Source: an uncultured Burkholderiales bacterium
GTDB taxonomy: Bacteria; Pseudomonadota; Gammaproteobacteria; Burkholderiales; Burkholderiaceae_C
Assembly: GCA_903844825.1 (NCBI GenBank)
Contig: CAIMVC010000173.1
Coordinates: 59 to 64,058, forward strand
Direction: 5' to 3'
DNA length: 64,000 nucleotides
The stretch's first letter is position 1. Each line of letters begins with the position of its first letter. The translations under genes were made by a program, and so were the position numbers. The notes below the pieces were generated by a model. It saw nothing but the letters and a program-made list of their open reading frames with translations, was not told the DNA's origin and did not search any database. Below, piece after piece: positions 29,540 through 39,350 of the stretch.

Positions 29540-31116
29540 GCGGCTTCGTCCACCATCCGGAGTCTGCGGTGCTGATGCCGCGGGTTCACAGCAGCATCGT
29601 CAGCATGCTGGAGCACAGCTGCGACGAATGGGGTCCGCAGCCGGCGCTGGTTTGCGGCGAGCAAACCTTGAGCTACACCGAGTTGCGTGCCTGCGTGCTC
29701 GGCCTGGCGCGCTGGCTGGTTCAGGCCGGTGCCAAGGGCCAGCGCGTGGCCACGGTGCTGCCTAATTCACTGCTGGCCTGCATCGCCCCCTACGCGGTGG
29801 CGGCGGCAGGCGCGCAGCATGTGCCGCTGAACGCGCAGTACACCGGGCGCGAGCTGGCCTACATGCTGCGCGACTCGGCCCCAGCGCTGGTATTGGTTGA
29901 CGACGCCTTGCGCGACAAGGTCGGGCCGCTGGTTCAGGACCTGGCGGCTTGCTCGATGGTCTGCAGCGCGCAGATCCTGCAGCAGTTGCCGGCCTGGCGC
30001 AGCGAGTTGCAGGGCGCCAGGCTCGAGGCCCTGTACCCGCCTGCCGAAGCGCCGGCGATTTTGCAGTACACCGGCGGCTCGTCCGGCTTTCCCAAAGGCG
30101 TGCACCTGAGTCACCGCGCCATCGCTACCAATGTGTCGCAGCGCGAGAGCCTGCTGCCGGTGGGCCGTGGCCGGGAGCGCGTGCTGTGCGTGATGCCGCT
30201 GTTTCACTCCTACGCCATGGCCATGGGGCTGTTTTTGTGCGGCTATTCGGGTAGCACGCTGGTGGTGTTGCCCGGCTACCACCCCGAGCGTGTGCTCGAG
30301 GCCATCGCCGCGCAGCGCATCACTATTTTCCCGGGCAGCCCGACGATCTTCACCGGCCTGATGGCCTGCCCGCTATTTGAGCGCATTGACTGGCGCACGG
30401 TCCACACTTGCTACTCGGGCTCGGCCGCCTTGCAGGCGGAAACCATGCGGCGTTGGCAAGCTGCGACCGGCGCGCCAATTTACGAAGGCTACGGCCAGAC
30501 GGAAGCCGGCCCGGTGCTGTCCTTCAACCCGGGCGGTGGCCCCGTGAAAATCGGCTCGGTTGGCGTGGCCTTGGCCCAGACCGAATTGCAGGTGGTTGAT
30601 CTGGCGACGGGGCTTGAGGTGTTGCCAGCGGGTGAGCAAGGCGAGATACGCGCACGCGGACCCCAAGTCATGACCGGCTACCACGGGTTGCCCGTAGAAA
30701 CTGCAGAGTCGCTGCGGGACGGCTGGCTCTACACCGGCGACATTGGCGAGTTTGATGAGGACGGCTACCTCTTTATCCGCGACCGCAAAAAAGACCTGAT
30801 CATCGTCAGCGGTTACAACGTTTACCCGCGCGAGGTCGAAGAGGTCCTGTTCACCCATCCTGACGTGCTTGACGCCGCCGTCGTCGGTCAGGTCGACGCC
30901 TACCGTGGCGAGGTACTGCGGGCTTTTGTCGTGCTGCGTGAGGGCGCTGTTTTTGACGCTCAGGCCCTGGCCGGGTTTTGCGCCATTCACCTGGCCCGCT
31001 ACAAGATCCCGGCCCATTTTGAGCAGCGGCCGGCCCTGCCCAAGACCTCCGTCAACAAGACCGATAAAAAGCGCATCAAGCAATGGGTGCTGAGCCAGGC
31101 ACCTGCCGAGATCTGA
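29536..31116 (+). CDS. Long-chain-type acyl-CoA ligase, third ligase
   Basis: QYTGGSSGFPKG, EGYGQTE, WLYTGD, GYNVYPREVE. Confidence 0.92.
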   Translation: MSGFVHHPESAVLMPRVHSSIVSMLEHSCDEWGPQPALVCGEQTLSYTELRACVLGLARWLVQAGAKGQRVATVLPNSLLACIAPYAVAAAGAQHVPLNAQYTGRELAYMLRDSAPALVLVDDALRDKVGPLVQDLAACSMVCSAQILQQLPAWRSELQGARLEALYPPAEAPAILQYTGGSSGFPKGVHLSHRAIATNVSQRESLLPVGRGRERVLCVMPLFHSYAMAMGLFLCGYSGSTLVVLPGYHPERVLEAIAAQRITIFPGSPTIFTGLMACPLFERIDWRTVHTCYSGSAALQAETMRRWQAATGAPIYEGYGQTEAGPVLSFNPGGGPVKIGSVGVALAQTELQVVDLATGLEVLPAGEQGEIRARGPQVMTGYHGLPVETAESLRDGWLYTGDIGEFDEDGYLFIRDRKKDLIIVSGYNVYPREVEEVLFTHPDVLDAAVVGQVDAYRGEVLRAFVVLREGAVFDAQALAGFCAIHLARYKIPAHFEQRPALPKTSVNKTDKKRIKQWVLSQAPAEI

Positions 31117-31155
31117 TGCGTTTCCTGACCAGCATCGCCAGGGCCGTTTCTTCTT

Positions 31156-33321
31156 TCAGCCCTCAGGGGCAAGCCGCCGATGGAGCTTCAGATCAGCGCT
31201 GATGTGCTCGAGCAGGGCGAGTAGTTTTTTGGTGTCGACCGGCTTGACGAAGTAATGGTCAAAGCCGGAGGCCAGAGCAAACTCGCGTTCGTGAGCCTGA
31301 CAGTAGCCGGTCACTGCGATGAGCACAGCCCCTGCCGTGTGGGGCTGCTGGCGAAATAGGCCGGCCAGTTCGATGCCACTGATGCCCGGCAGACCGATGT
31401 CGAGCAGGCAGACGTCCGGCGGGCTGCTGCGTGCGCGCTCGAGTGCCTGCGGCCCGGCGTGCTCGACCATCACCTCATAGCCCGAAATCTGCAGGAGCTT
31501 GCCCAGCATCTGGGCTGCATCGACGTTGTCGTCCACGACCATCACCCGCAGCGTATGGCTGGCTGGCGCCAGGCTGATGGCGGTGGGCTCGCGCCGGGGC
31601 AACGCAGCGACAGCGGCCGTTGCCAGTTGTGGCAAGCTCACGGTGAAGGTGCTGCCGCGCCCCGGTCCGTCGCTGGCGCAGGTCACGCTGCCGCCATGGA
31701 GCTCTACCAGGCTTTTGACCAGCGCCAGGCCCAGGCCGAGGCCGCCCGACGAGCGGTCAGAACTGCGTTCAGCCTGTGCGAACAGGTCAAACACCCGCGT
31801 CGCCAGCTCGGCCGTCATGCCAATGCCGTTGTCGGTCACGCTCAGCAAAATTCTCCCCTCCTGAATCTCCGTCTTCAACAGCAGCTTGCCGCCAGGCGGG
31901 GTGTATTTGGCCGCATTGTTCAGCAGGTTGGCCACCACCTGGATCAGGCGCTTTTCATCGCCCATCACGGCCGTAACGTCCGGCGACAGGTGCAGCACCA
32001 AGTGATGATGTCTTGACCGGATCAGCGGGCTGACCTGTTCGACGGCGTCCTTGACAATGTGCTGCATGTCCAGAACTGTTTTTTCGAGTTTCGCCAAGCC
32101 CCGGGTTACGCGCGACACGTCAAGCAGGTCCTCAATCAGGCTGGTCATGTGATCGACCTGCCGACCGATGATCTGGCTGGCATCAAGGACATCGTCCTGC
32201 GTGAGCTTGGCGCCCATGAGCAAGTCGGCCGCCGATCGGATCGGGGCCAGAGGGTTTCTCAACTCATGGGCCAGCATGGCCAGAAATTCGTCCTTGTGGG
32301 CGTCCGCCTCCTTGAGCTTTCTGACCGCTTCGCGCAGCTCTGCCTGCGCCGTGGCATTGGCGGCCACCGCCCAGGTCCGCTCTATCAGTTGCTCCGAGAG
32401 ATGCAGGTCCATGCGGCTCCAGTGGCGCGGCACGTCCGAGTGCACGCTCAGCAGACTGATCAGGTGGCCCGCCTTGATCAGCGGGATCACCATGTAAGCG
32501 CGCAAGTTGATGCCTTGGTAGGCCTCGGCATGTTGGGCCGTGCGCGGGTCCTGGCTGATGTCGTTGACGACGACGGGCCGTCCCGAATGCAGGGTGGCGA
32601 TCACGTCAGGGCCAAAGTCATCAAGCTTGCGCGTCCGCCCCGCCACGCTGACCAGACCATTGCGCAGCCAATTGCTGCGGATGAAAAAAGTCCCCTGCTG
32701 ATCGTCAACTTCCGAAAAGAAAACACGCGACGCCTGTAACTGCCGGCCCAGCATCTCACTGGCGACGGCGGTGATCTCTTCCGGCGCTTCCAGTGGCCTG
32801 AGGCGATCTGTCAGGGTCAACAGAAAGCGGTCGCTTTGCTCTGCTTCAATTTGCGCAGTGGTCTCCATCATCACGTTGAAGATGCCTGCTACACGACCAT
32901 TTTCTTCGCGCACCGGCAGCAGCGAAAAATTGAACCAGGCTTTCTCGGCGGCGCCGTGCCGGGTCAGCTCAAACGGTATATTCTTTTCCAAAACGGACGT
33001 GCCTTCCAGTGCACGCTCAACCGCCGGCCCAAAGTCGGGTCGCAAGGCCGACCAGACATCCCAGAACCGGTGCGCCAGGGCTGCGGGATGCCTTTCCCCC
33101 AGCACTTCAATGTAAGCGTCGTTGTAGAAGAGATGAAGCTCGGGGCCCCAGGCCAGGCAGCTCGGCGTTTTGGAGTCGAGCATGATCTGAAGCGCTGTGG
33201 TGATCTGTGTCGACCACGTCTCGGGCTGGCCCATGGGGAAGTTGGACCAGTCCATCGACCGCAGCAGCGCCCGGGTGCTCCCCTCGCCCATGAAGGCAGT
33301 TATTGTTTTTTGTGCTTGCAT
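31156..33321 (-). CDS. Hybrid sensor histidine kinase (PAS-like, GAF, HisKA, HATPase, REC)
   Basis: FLAMLAHELRNPL, NLLNNAAKYT, DNGIG, GLGLGL, receiver VDDN..LLDIGLP..KP; start uncertain (frame open to 33501). Confidence 0.92.
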   Translation of the reverse strand: MQAQKTITAFMGEGSTRALLRSMDWSNFPMGQPETWSTQITTALQIMLDSKTPSCLAWGPELHLFYNDAYIEVLGERHPAALAHRFWDVWSALRPDFGPAVERALEGTSVLEKNIPFELTRHGAAEKAWFNFSLLPVREENGRVAGIFNVMMETTAQIEAEQSDRFLLTLTDRLRPLEAPEEITAVASEMLGRQLQASRVFFSEVDDQQGTFFIRSNWLRNGLVSVAGRTRKLDDFGPDVIATLHSGRPVVVNDISQDPRTAQHAEAYQGINLRAYMVIPLIKAGHLISLLSVHSDVPRHWSRMDLHLSEQLIERTWAVAANATAQAELREAVRKLKEADAHKDEFLAMLAHELRNPLAPIRSAADLLMGAKLTQDDVLDASQIIGRQVDHMTSLIEDLLDVSRVTRGLAKLEKTVLDMQHIVKDAVEQVSPLIRSRHHHLVLHLSPDVTAVMGDEKRLIQVVANLLNNAAKYTPPGGKLLLKTEIQEGRILLSVTDNGIGMTAELATRVFDLFAQAERSSDRSSGGLGLGLALVKSLVELHGGSVTCASDGPGRGSTFTVSLPQLATAAVAALPRREPTAISLAPASHTLRVMVVDDNVDAAQMLGKLLQISGYEVMVEHAGPQALERARSSPPDVCLLDIGLPGISGIELAGLFRQQPHTAGAVLIAVTGYCQAHEREFALASGFDHYFVKPVDTKKLLALLEHISADLKLHRRLAPEG

Positions 33322-33806
33322 GACCTGGACCAGCATAGGTAGCGTGCCGGTCATGCGCAAGTAAGCAAGGCGCTCAATTTGTAAGCCCGGCAGCGCCATC
33401 GGCTGGCTCCGCGGGTGAGCTGCCGCATGGTCTTGCTGCGTCGCTGGATGCTTGGTTATAAGGAGCTGGTGCGCAATGGTTGGCGGGTTCGTTCCGGTCA
33501 AGGGTGACGTGCTGCCACGATCTCTGAGCTGACCGTCGAGATTCAGCGCGAAGACATCTGTGTGAAGGTGGGCGGCCCGCTGTATGTCGGTACAGTCAGC
33601 GCTACCTGGCTTCGCGAGCTGCCGCGATGATGTGTATCGACGCGCGCTGGCTTGCGGTTTTCCACCGCAAGACGGTGCTTAGACGGTGGGCCCCTGCGCA
33701 ATGCCGCCCGCGATCAATTTGAAGCAGTCGTCCGACTTGGCGACCAGAGAGTCAATCCTGCCGTGCTCTTCTCATTTTGGAAAAGTGCGATTAAACAGAC
33801 CAAAGA

Positions 33807-36044
33807 TCATTGCTCACGCAGGGCGGCCGCATAGTCGTCGGCGTCGCCGCTTGAGTCGGCTGCGACGTCGACCACTACGCCATGTAGGCGTAAGCCAGTC
33901 AGCGCTGCAGGGGGTAAGCACTCGTCGGTGATGGGTACATTGCCAAAGCCACAGGTCATGCCGCCGCTCATGCCAAAAACGTTCCAGGTCCGCGCCACGC
34001 GAGCCGAATCCGCTGGCACGCCATTGACACGTAGCGCGAACTCCCCGGCGCGTTCACCGCTGCGGGTGAAGACGACTTCCACCATGGCCTCACCCTGCGG
34101 CAGGGGCGCCTCCAGACGATGCACCAGACTTTCGTGTACGGCGTATGTAAAGACTGCCTTGGCGCCCGAGCAATGCAATTGGTAGCCGGCAAATCGGCTG
34201 CCGCACGCCAGCACAATACCGTACGCGTTTGGGCTCGCAACTTGCAGCTTGGCTCGTAATTGCCAGCTGCGGTCATTGATGGGGGGCACCAATTGGCGAT
34301 CAAAGCGTGCCATGCCAGGTTGAAGTTCGAAATGACGCGGCACTTCGTTGCGCGACCAGGCCAGTGAGCGCTCCACATCGCGGTCGTCCAGCGGGAGTAC
34401 GCCATAGCGCTCGGCCTCGGTCCACCATAGCGCCACCAAGGCTTGTAGTTTTTCGGGGTGCACGTCAGCCAGATCGTCAATCTCGGCGAAGTCTTCGTCC
34501 AGGTGATAGAGCTCCCAGCGGTCAGCGTCGAAATCCTCGCCCTTGGTGTGGCGCGCCACCGCTTTCCAGCCGCGGTGCCAGATGGCGCGGTCACCGACCA
34601 TCTCGAAGTGCTGGGTTTCCTTGCGGGTTGCGGCGTTTGCCTGGTCGAACGAGTAAAGCATGCTGGTGCCATGTAAGGGCATCTGCTCGTGTCCCTCGTA
34701 AACCGAGGGGACAGGCACCTTGAGCGCGTCCAACAGAGTCGGCACGATGTCGCTGACGTGATGGTACTGGTGACGTATGGCGTCATTGCCCTCGATGCGC
34801 GCGGGCCAGTGCACCACGAGCGGGGCACGAATGCCACCACCGTGCGTATTGCGCTTAAACCACTTGAGCGGCGTGTTGGAGGCCTGGGCCCAGCCCATGG
34901 GGTAATGTGGAAACGAATATTCGCTGCCGATCTGATCCAAACGCTCCAACCCATATTGCACTGTTTCGCGCTCCATCGCCATGTGGCGGCGAATGTTCAC
35001 GGCGCCAGTGGGACCACCTTCGCCAGATGCCCCATTGTCAGAGAGCAAAACGATCGCGGTGTTGGCCAGCTGACCAGTCTCATCAAGGTAATCCACCAGC
35101 CGTCCGATCTGTGCATCGGCGTGGGACAGAAAGCCAGCGTAGGTTTCCTGCAGCCGGGCACAGAGCGCGCGCTCATCGGGTGCAAGCGAATCCCAGGCCC
35201 GAACCGTAGGGTTGGCTGGTGCCAGCGGCGTGTCCGCAGGCAGCAAGCCCATGGCTTTTTGCCGCGCCAGTCGCTGCTCGCGCACGGCATCCCAGCCCGC
35301 GTCGTAGCGGCCCTTGTACTTGGCAATCCATTGCTGAGGTACATGCAAAGGCCAGTGGCCGGCGCCCAGGGCCAGGTAGGTCAACCAAGGCCGGGTGCCG
35401 GCAGATGTCACATGGTCCCGCACAAAACCAATGGCGCGATCCACCAGATCTTCGCTCAGGTGGTATCCCTCTTTGGGTGGGCGTTGCACCGGGTGGTTGT
35501 CCTCATGCAGGTCGGGGTTCCAGTGGTCGATGAAACCGCCCAGAAAACCATACCAGCGGTTAAAACCCTTGCCCAACGGCCAGTGCTCCCGCGAGCCGCC
35601 CGTGGGGTAGTCGCCCATGTTCGCCAGGTGCCACTTGCCGACGGCGTAGGTGCCATAGCCAGTTTTCGCCAGCATCTGCGCCACTGTAGCCGCATGCGGC
35701 GTGATGCGTCCCTGGTACCCCGGAAAGCCGGTTGACCATTCGGCAATCGAGCCCATTCCCACGGCATGCGCATTTCGCCCCGTCAAGAGCGACGCCCGCG
35801 TTGGCGAACACATGGCAGTGACATGGAAGTTGCTGTAACGCAGCCCCCCTTGGGCCAGCGCGTCCATGCGCGGCGTCTCAATTTCAGAGCCGTAGCAACC
35901 CAGGTCCGAATAGCCCACGTCGTCCAGCACGATGAACAGGATGTTGGGCGCTCCTGCCGGCGCCGCGGGCTCGGGCTGGCGCCACGGCTGCGAATCGCGC
36001 CAAGTGCGGCCAATGCGGCCATGAAAGGGTTCGTGCGAGGTCAT
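33807..36044 (-). CDS. Arylsulfatase (Cys-type, AtsA-like), no signal peptide
   Basis: PNILFIVLDDVG, CSPTRASLLTGR, GKWHL, SDNG. Confidence 0.95.
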   Translation of the reverse strand: MTSHEPFHGRIGRTWRDSQPWRQPEPAAPAGAPNILFIVLDDVGYSDLGCYGSEIETPRMDALAQGGLRYSNFHVTAMCSPTRASLLTGRNAHAVGMGSIAEWSTGFPGYQGRITPHAATVAQMLAKTGYGTYAVGKWHLANMGDYPTGGSREHWPLGKGFNRWYGFLGGFIDHWNPDLHEDNHPVQRPPKEGYHLSEDLVDRAIGFVRDHVTSAGTRPWLTYLALGAGHWPLHVPQQWIAKYKGRYDAGWDAVREQRLARQKAMGLLPADTPLAPANPTVRAWDSLAPDERALCARLQETYAGFLSHADAQIGRLVDYLDETGQLANTAIVLLSDNGASGEGGPTGAVNIRRHMAMERETVQYGLERLDQIGSEYSFPHYPMGWAQASNTPLKWFKRNTHGGGIRAPLVVHWPARIEGNDAIRHQYHHVSDIVPTLLDALKVPVPSVYEGHEQMPLHGTSMLYSFDQANAATRKETQHFEMVGDRAIWHRGWKAVARHTKGEDFDADRWELYHLDEDFAEIDDLADVHPEKLQALVALWWTEAERYGVLPLDDRDVERSLAWSRNEVPRHFELQPGMARFDRQLVPPINDRSWQLRAKLQVASPNAYGIVLACGSRFAGYQLHCSGAKAVFTYAVHESLVHRLEAPLPQGEAMVEVVFTRSGERAGEFALRVNGVPADSARVARTWNVFGMSGGMTCGFGNVPITDECLPPAALTGLRLHGVVVDVAADSSGDADDYAAALREQ

Positions 36045-36048
36045 GCGG

Positions 36049-37014
36049 TCAGTCGAGTTTGAGGTTGGCTTTGCGGATCACCTGGCCGAGATTGGCGTAC
36101 TCGGCCGCCAGCGCCTGGTTGAAGGTATCGCTTGGCCGATAGACCGTGTCTTGCTGAGAACTCTTGGCCGCGCTCAGGTAGCGCTCACTGCGCGCAACTT
36201 CTGCGCAGGCACCCTGCAAGGCTTTTTGCGCCTCAGCCGGAAGACTCTTGGGGGCAAACAGCCCACCGAATACCTGGGCCACGACAGGAAGACCCTGCTC
36301 GGTCATGGTCGGCGCGTCAGGCGCATCGGCTAGTCGGGTAGGTGCGAAGGTGCCCAAAATGCGAAAGCCCTGCGTCTGCGCCATACCCACGGAGATCGTG
36401 GCCAGTTGCAGCTCACCCGATTTCAGGGCCAGCGCCATGGGCGGGTCGCCGCGGTAGGGGATGACGCGCATGGTCGCGTTCGACTGCAGCGCAAACTGCA
36501 CCGCACCGAGATGTGGCATCGTCCCCAGACCGCCTGCGCCATAAGCCACGCCGGCACTGGCGTTTTGGGCGTCTGGATCGTTGATCACGTCGCGCACGCT
36601 GCGGTACTTGCTGTTGGGCGAGGCCACCAGCGCGTAGTTGTTGACGAAGGTCTGGCAGATCCCGACCAAGTCCGCCGCCTTGTAGGGCAGGCTAGGCTTG
36701 ATGTGCGGCTGCAGCACCAGCGGACCGGCGGGGCCAAACATCAGGGTGTGCGCGTCATCGGCCTTGGCCACCACGCCTGCGGCAATGGTGCCGCCGGCGC
36801 CGTCGCGATTGACCACCACCACACTTTGCCCGAGCTGGCGCGACAACGCCTCGCCAAACGCACGGGCCAGCACATCAGCCGAGCCTCCCGCGGGAAATCC
36901 AACCAGTAGCTGGATGGGCTTGGTCGGCCAAGCCAAAGCCGCTTGGGAAACCAAGGCCAGGCTGGCGGTTGCAAGCAGGCCCAGCGCGTGTCGTCGTATG
37001 AGTTTCGAGTTCAT
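36049..37014 (-). CDS. Tripartite tricarboxylate transporter SBP (Bug/TctC family)
   Basis: WPTKPI.L.VGFPAGGSADVLAR, N..GAGG, IPYRG, PT..EQG. Confidence 0.93.
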   Translation of the reverse strand: MNSKLIRRHALGLLATASLALVSQAALAWPTKPIQLLVGFPAGGSADVLARAFGEALSRQLGQSVVVVNRDGAGGTIAAGVVAKADDAHTLMFGPAGPLVLQPHIKPSLPYKAADLVGICQTFVNNYALVASPNSKYRSVRDVINDPDAQNASAGVAYGAGGLGTMPHLGAVQFALQSNATMRVIPYRGDPPMALALKSGELQLATISVGMAQTQGFRILGTFAPTRLADAPDAPTMTEQGLPVVAQVFGGLFAPKSLPAEAQKALQGACAEVARSERYLSAAKSSQQDTVYRPSDTFNQALAAEYANLGQVIRKANLKLD

Positions 37015-37103
37015 CTGTGTCTCCGTGGTTACGGCCGAACGAAGGGCCGATGTCTGCTCAGTTTAGAGGTGCGTACTTGTACTCTCGGGCTACTGACTAA
37101 GCC

Positions 37104-38531
37104 CTAGCGTGCGTCACCCATCAGTGACATGGTCTGCACCGAGCTTTGCATGCGCCATTCCAGGATTGACTGCAGCAGCCGTAACCGCTCGGCCTGGTGG
37201 GCCGGGTCGTCCCAGAGATTGTGAAGTTCGCCCGGGTCGCGTTCCAGGTCGAACAACTGGCCCTCGGTGCTGCCCGTGATGTGTACGAGCTTGTAGCGAT
37301 GTTCCCGAACCATGGTGAACAGGCTGGCGCCAGTGAGGGCCACGTCGCCGGCCTGCTCGGAGAAAACCGCCTCGCGGCCGCTCCAGGCCTCGCCGCGTAA
37401 GGCGGGTAACAGGCTCTGAGCTTGCGCGGCCGGTGGCATGGGAGCGCCGGCCCAGTCCAAAATGGTCGCGCCAACATCAAAGAGCTGGCACAGTCCGCCC
37501 AGGCGCTGACCGGGTAGCACTTCGCCGGGGGCCCAAAAGATCGCCGGCACGCGCGTGACCACGTCGTACATGGACCATTTTTGCGACAGCCCATGCTCAC
37601 CCAGGGCCTCGCCATGGTCTGAGCAGAAGATGATGAGCGAGTCCTCCAGGTAGCCCTTGCTTTCCATGGTTTTAAGCAACTTGCCCAGCGCTTCGTCAAT
37701 CATCGACACGTTGGCCAGGTAGTAGGCGCAGAGGCGGCGCAATTGCGCGTGGGTCGGCTCCAGCGACCACAGCACGGCATCGTGGTCGACCTTGCTGTCA
37801 TGGACCCGCTTGGCCTTGAGGAAGGCCGGTAGCGCGTCGAGGTCGCTGGGCTTGGGGTCGGGCACTGGCAGGTTGGGGTTGTCCAGGTAGTGTTGGGCGT
37901 AGCTGGCGACCGGGTCGTAGGGGGGGTGCGGGCCCAGGAAGCCGATCTGCATGAACAGGGACTCGGGTTTGGGTCGCGTTTGCAGCCACCAGTTGGCCAT
38001 ATCGCCCACGAAAAAATCCGCATGGGACTGGGCCGGCAGCGTCCATTCGTAAGCACCCAGGCGCTCCTTGTAGTCTGGCAACTCGCGGTAGCGCTCGCGT
38101 GAGGGCTTGATCTGGGAGCGGGCCACCAGGGCCTTGTCCCATTCGTCGGCAAACCAGCGGCCTTCGTAGTAACGGTCTTTGTTTTCGCAGACAAAGCGTT
38201 CATGAAAACCGGCCTTGGCGTCGTAAGGAATGGTGTGCATCTTGCCGACATTGACGCAGTGATAACCCTGGCTTGCCAGTGAGCTGACCCAGGTGCGCTG
38301 CCAGTGCAGGCCGTTACGAAGTACGCCAGTGGCATGGGGGTAGTAGCCATTGAACAGGCTGGCCCGCGATGGCACGCAACTCGGCGCGTTGACAAAGCAG
38401 TTGTCAAAGCTGGTGCCCTCGCGCACGAGCCGGTCCATGTTGGGGGTGTGCATGTGGCCAAAGCCAAGGGCAGCGATGGTGTCGAACCGTTGTTGGTCCG
38501 TCATGATGAGGAAGATGTGCTTGTGCTTCAC
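37104..38531 (-). CDS. Sulfatase (Cys-type, choline-sulfatase-like)
   Basis: IMTDQQR, CVPSRAS, GKMH, PHPP, SDHGE; GTG start overlaps the upstream TGA. Confidence 0.93.
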   Translation of the reverse strand: MKHKHIFLIMTDQQRFDTIAALGFGHMHTPNMDRLVREGTSFDNCFVNAPSCVPSRASLFNGYYPHATGVLRNGLHWQRTWVSSLASQGYHCVNVGKMHTIPYDAKAGFHERFVCENKDRYYEGRWFADEWDKALVARSQIKPSRERYRELPDYKERLGAYEWTLPAQSHADFFVGDMANWWLQTRPKPESLFMQIGFLGPHPPYDPVASYAQHYLDNPNLPVPDPKPSDLDALPAFLKAKRVHDSKVDHDAVLWSLEPTHAQLRRLCAYYLANVSMIDEALGKLLKTMESKGYLEDSLIIFCSDHGEALGEHGLSQKWSMYDVVTRVPAIFWAPGEVLPGQRLGGLCQLFDVGATILDWAGAPMPPAAQAQSLLPALRGEAWSGREAVFSEQAGDVALTGASLFTMVREHRYKLVHITGSTEGQLFDLERDPGELHNLWDDPAHQAERLRLLQSILEWRMQSSVQTMSLMGDAR

Positions 38532-39349
38532 GCGAGTGCCTCAAGTGGAAAGGATGCGCCGCGCCAGAAGTCGATCTGGGCGCTGACCTGGTGTTCGATC
38601 ATGGGGCGCCCGCCCAGAGCCCGAAGGCCACGCGCCTGGGCCGCGGCAACGAGTTCTGTGTCCCGTGCGGCAATGATGTCGAAGACGGCAGCTTTGGCTG
38701 CCAGCAGGGCTGGATCAAAGGGAAGTGGATCACCCGGGCTCAGGCCGAGCGAGGTGGCGTTGACCACCAGGGCCGCGCTGGCAGCATGGGCCATGCCGAT
38801 GCGTAGCCGAACCTGTGGATCGGCCGCTAGCAGCTCCTGTCCCAGGCGCTCGGCGCGCAGCGGGTCGCGGTTGGCCAGTATCAGGTCTTTCACGCCCGCA
38901 GCCAACAGCGCAAAAGCGATCGCCGTTCCGGCACCCCCAACGCCCACGATCAGCGCCGGCCGGTCGGTATCGAGCATGCCGTGGTGACGTGCTGCGCGCA
39001 CGAATCCAATGCCATCAAAACTCTCGCCAGCCCAGCTGCCGTCGGCCTGCAGGCGCAAGGTGTTCACCAGCCGAGTGCGCCGCGCCTCGGGGCCGGCCAC
39101 GCTGCACAGGGCATAGGCACTGGCCTTATGGGGCATCGTGATGTTCAAGCCCTGCAGGTTGCCAACCTTGGCCAGTTGTGCCAGCGTTGCGGCCAGGTCG
39201 TCAGGGTGAACACCCATCGGCACCTGACACCAGTTCAGGCCGGCGCTGTCGAAGGCCGGGTTGTAGACGCGTGGCGCACGAACATGGTCGATGGGATAGC
39301 CCAGTACCGGGATGATGCGGGTCGCCCCGGACAGTTCGGAGGTGAGCAT
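38528..39349 (-). CDS. Shikimate dehydrogenase-like oxidoreductase
   Basis: NITMPHK, VNT, GVGGAG, NR, NATSLG; substrate motifs diverged (HVRAP, ESFD). Confidence 0.85.
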   Translation of the reverse strand: MLTSELSGATRIIPVLGYPIDHVRAPRVYNPAFDSAGLNWCQVPMGVHPDDLAATLAQLAKVGNLQGLNITMPHKASAYALCSVAGPEARRTRLVNTLRLQADGSWAGESFDGIGFVRAARHHGMLDTDRPALIVGVGGAGTAIAFALLAAGVKDLILANRDPLRAERLGQELLAADPQVRLRIGMAHAASAALVVNATSLGLSPGDPLPFDPALLAAKAAVFDIIAARDTELVAAAQARGLRALGGRPMIEHQVSAQIDFWRGASFPLEALA

Positions 39350-39350
39350 C

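Noticed and set aside
33651-33671. CTTGCGGT/ACCGCAAG hairpin as terminator of the sulfatase operon
   Set aside because: No U-tract on either strand
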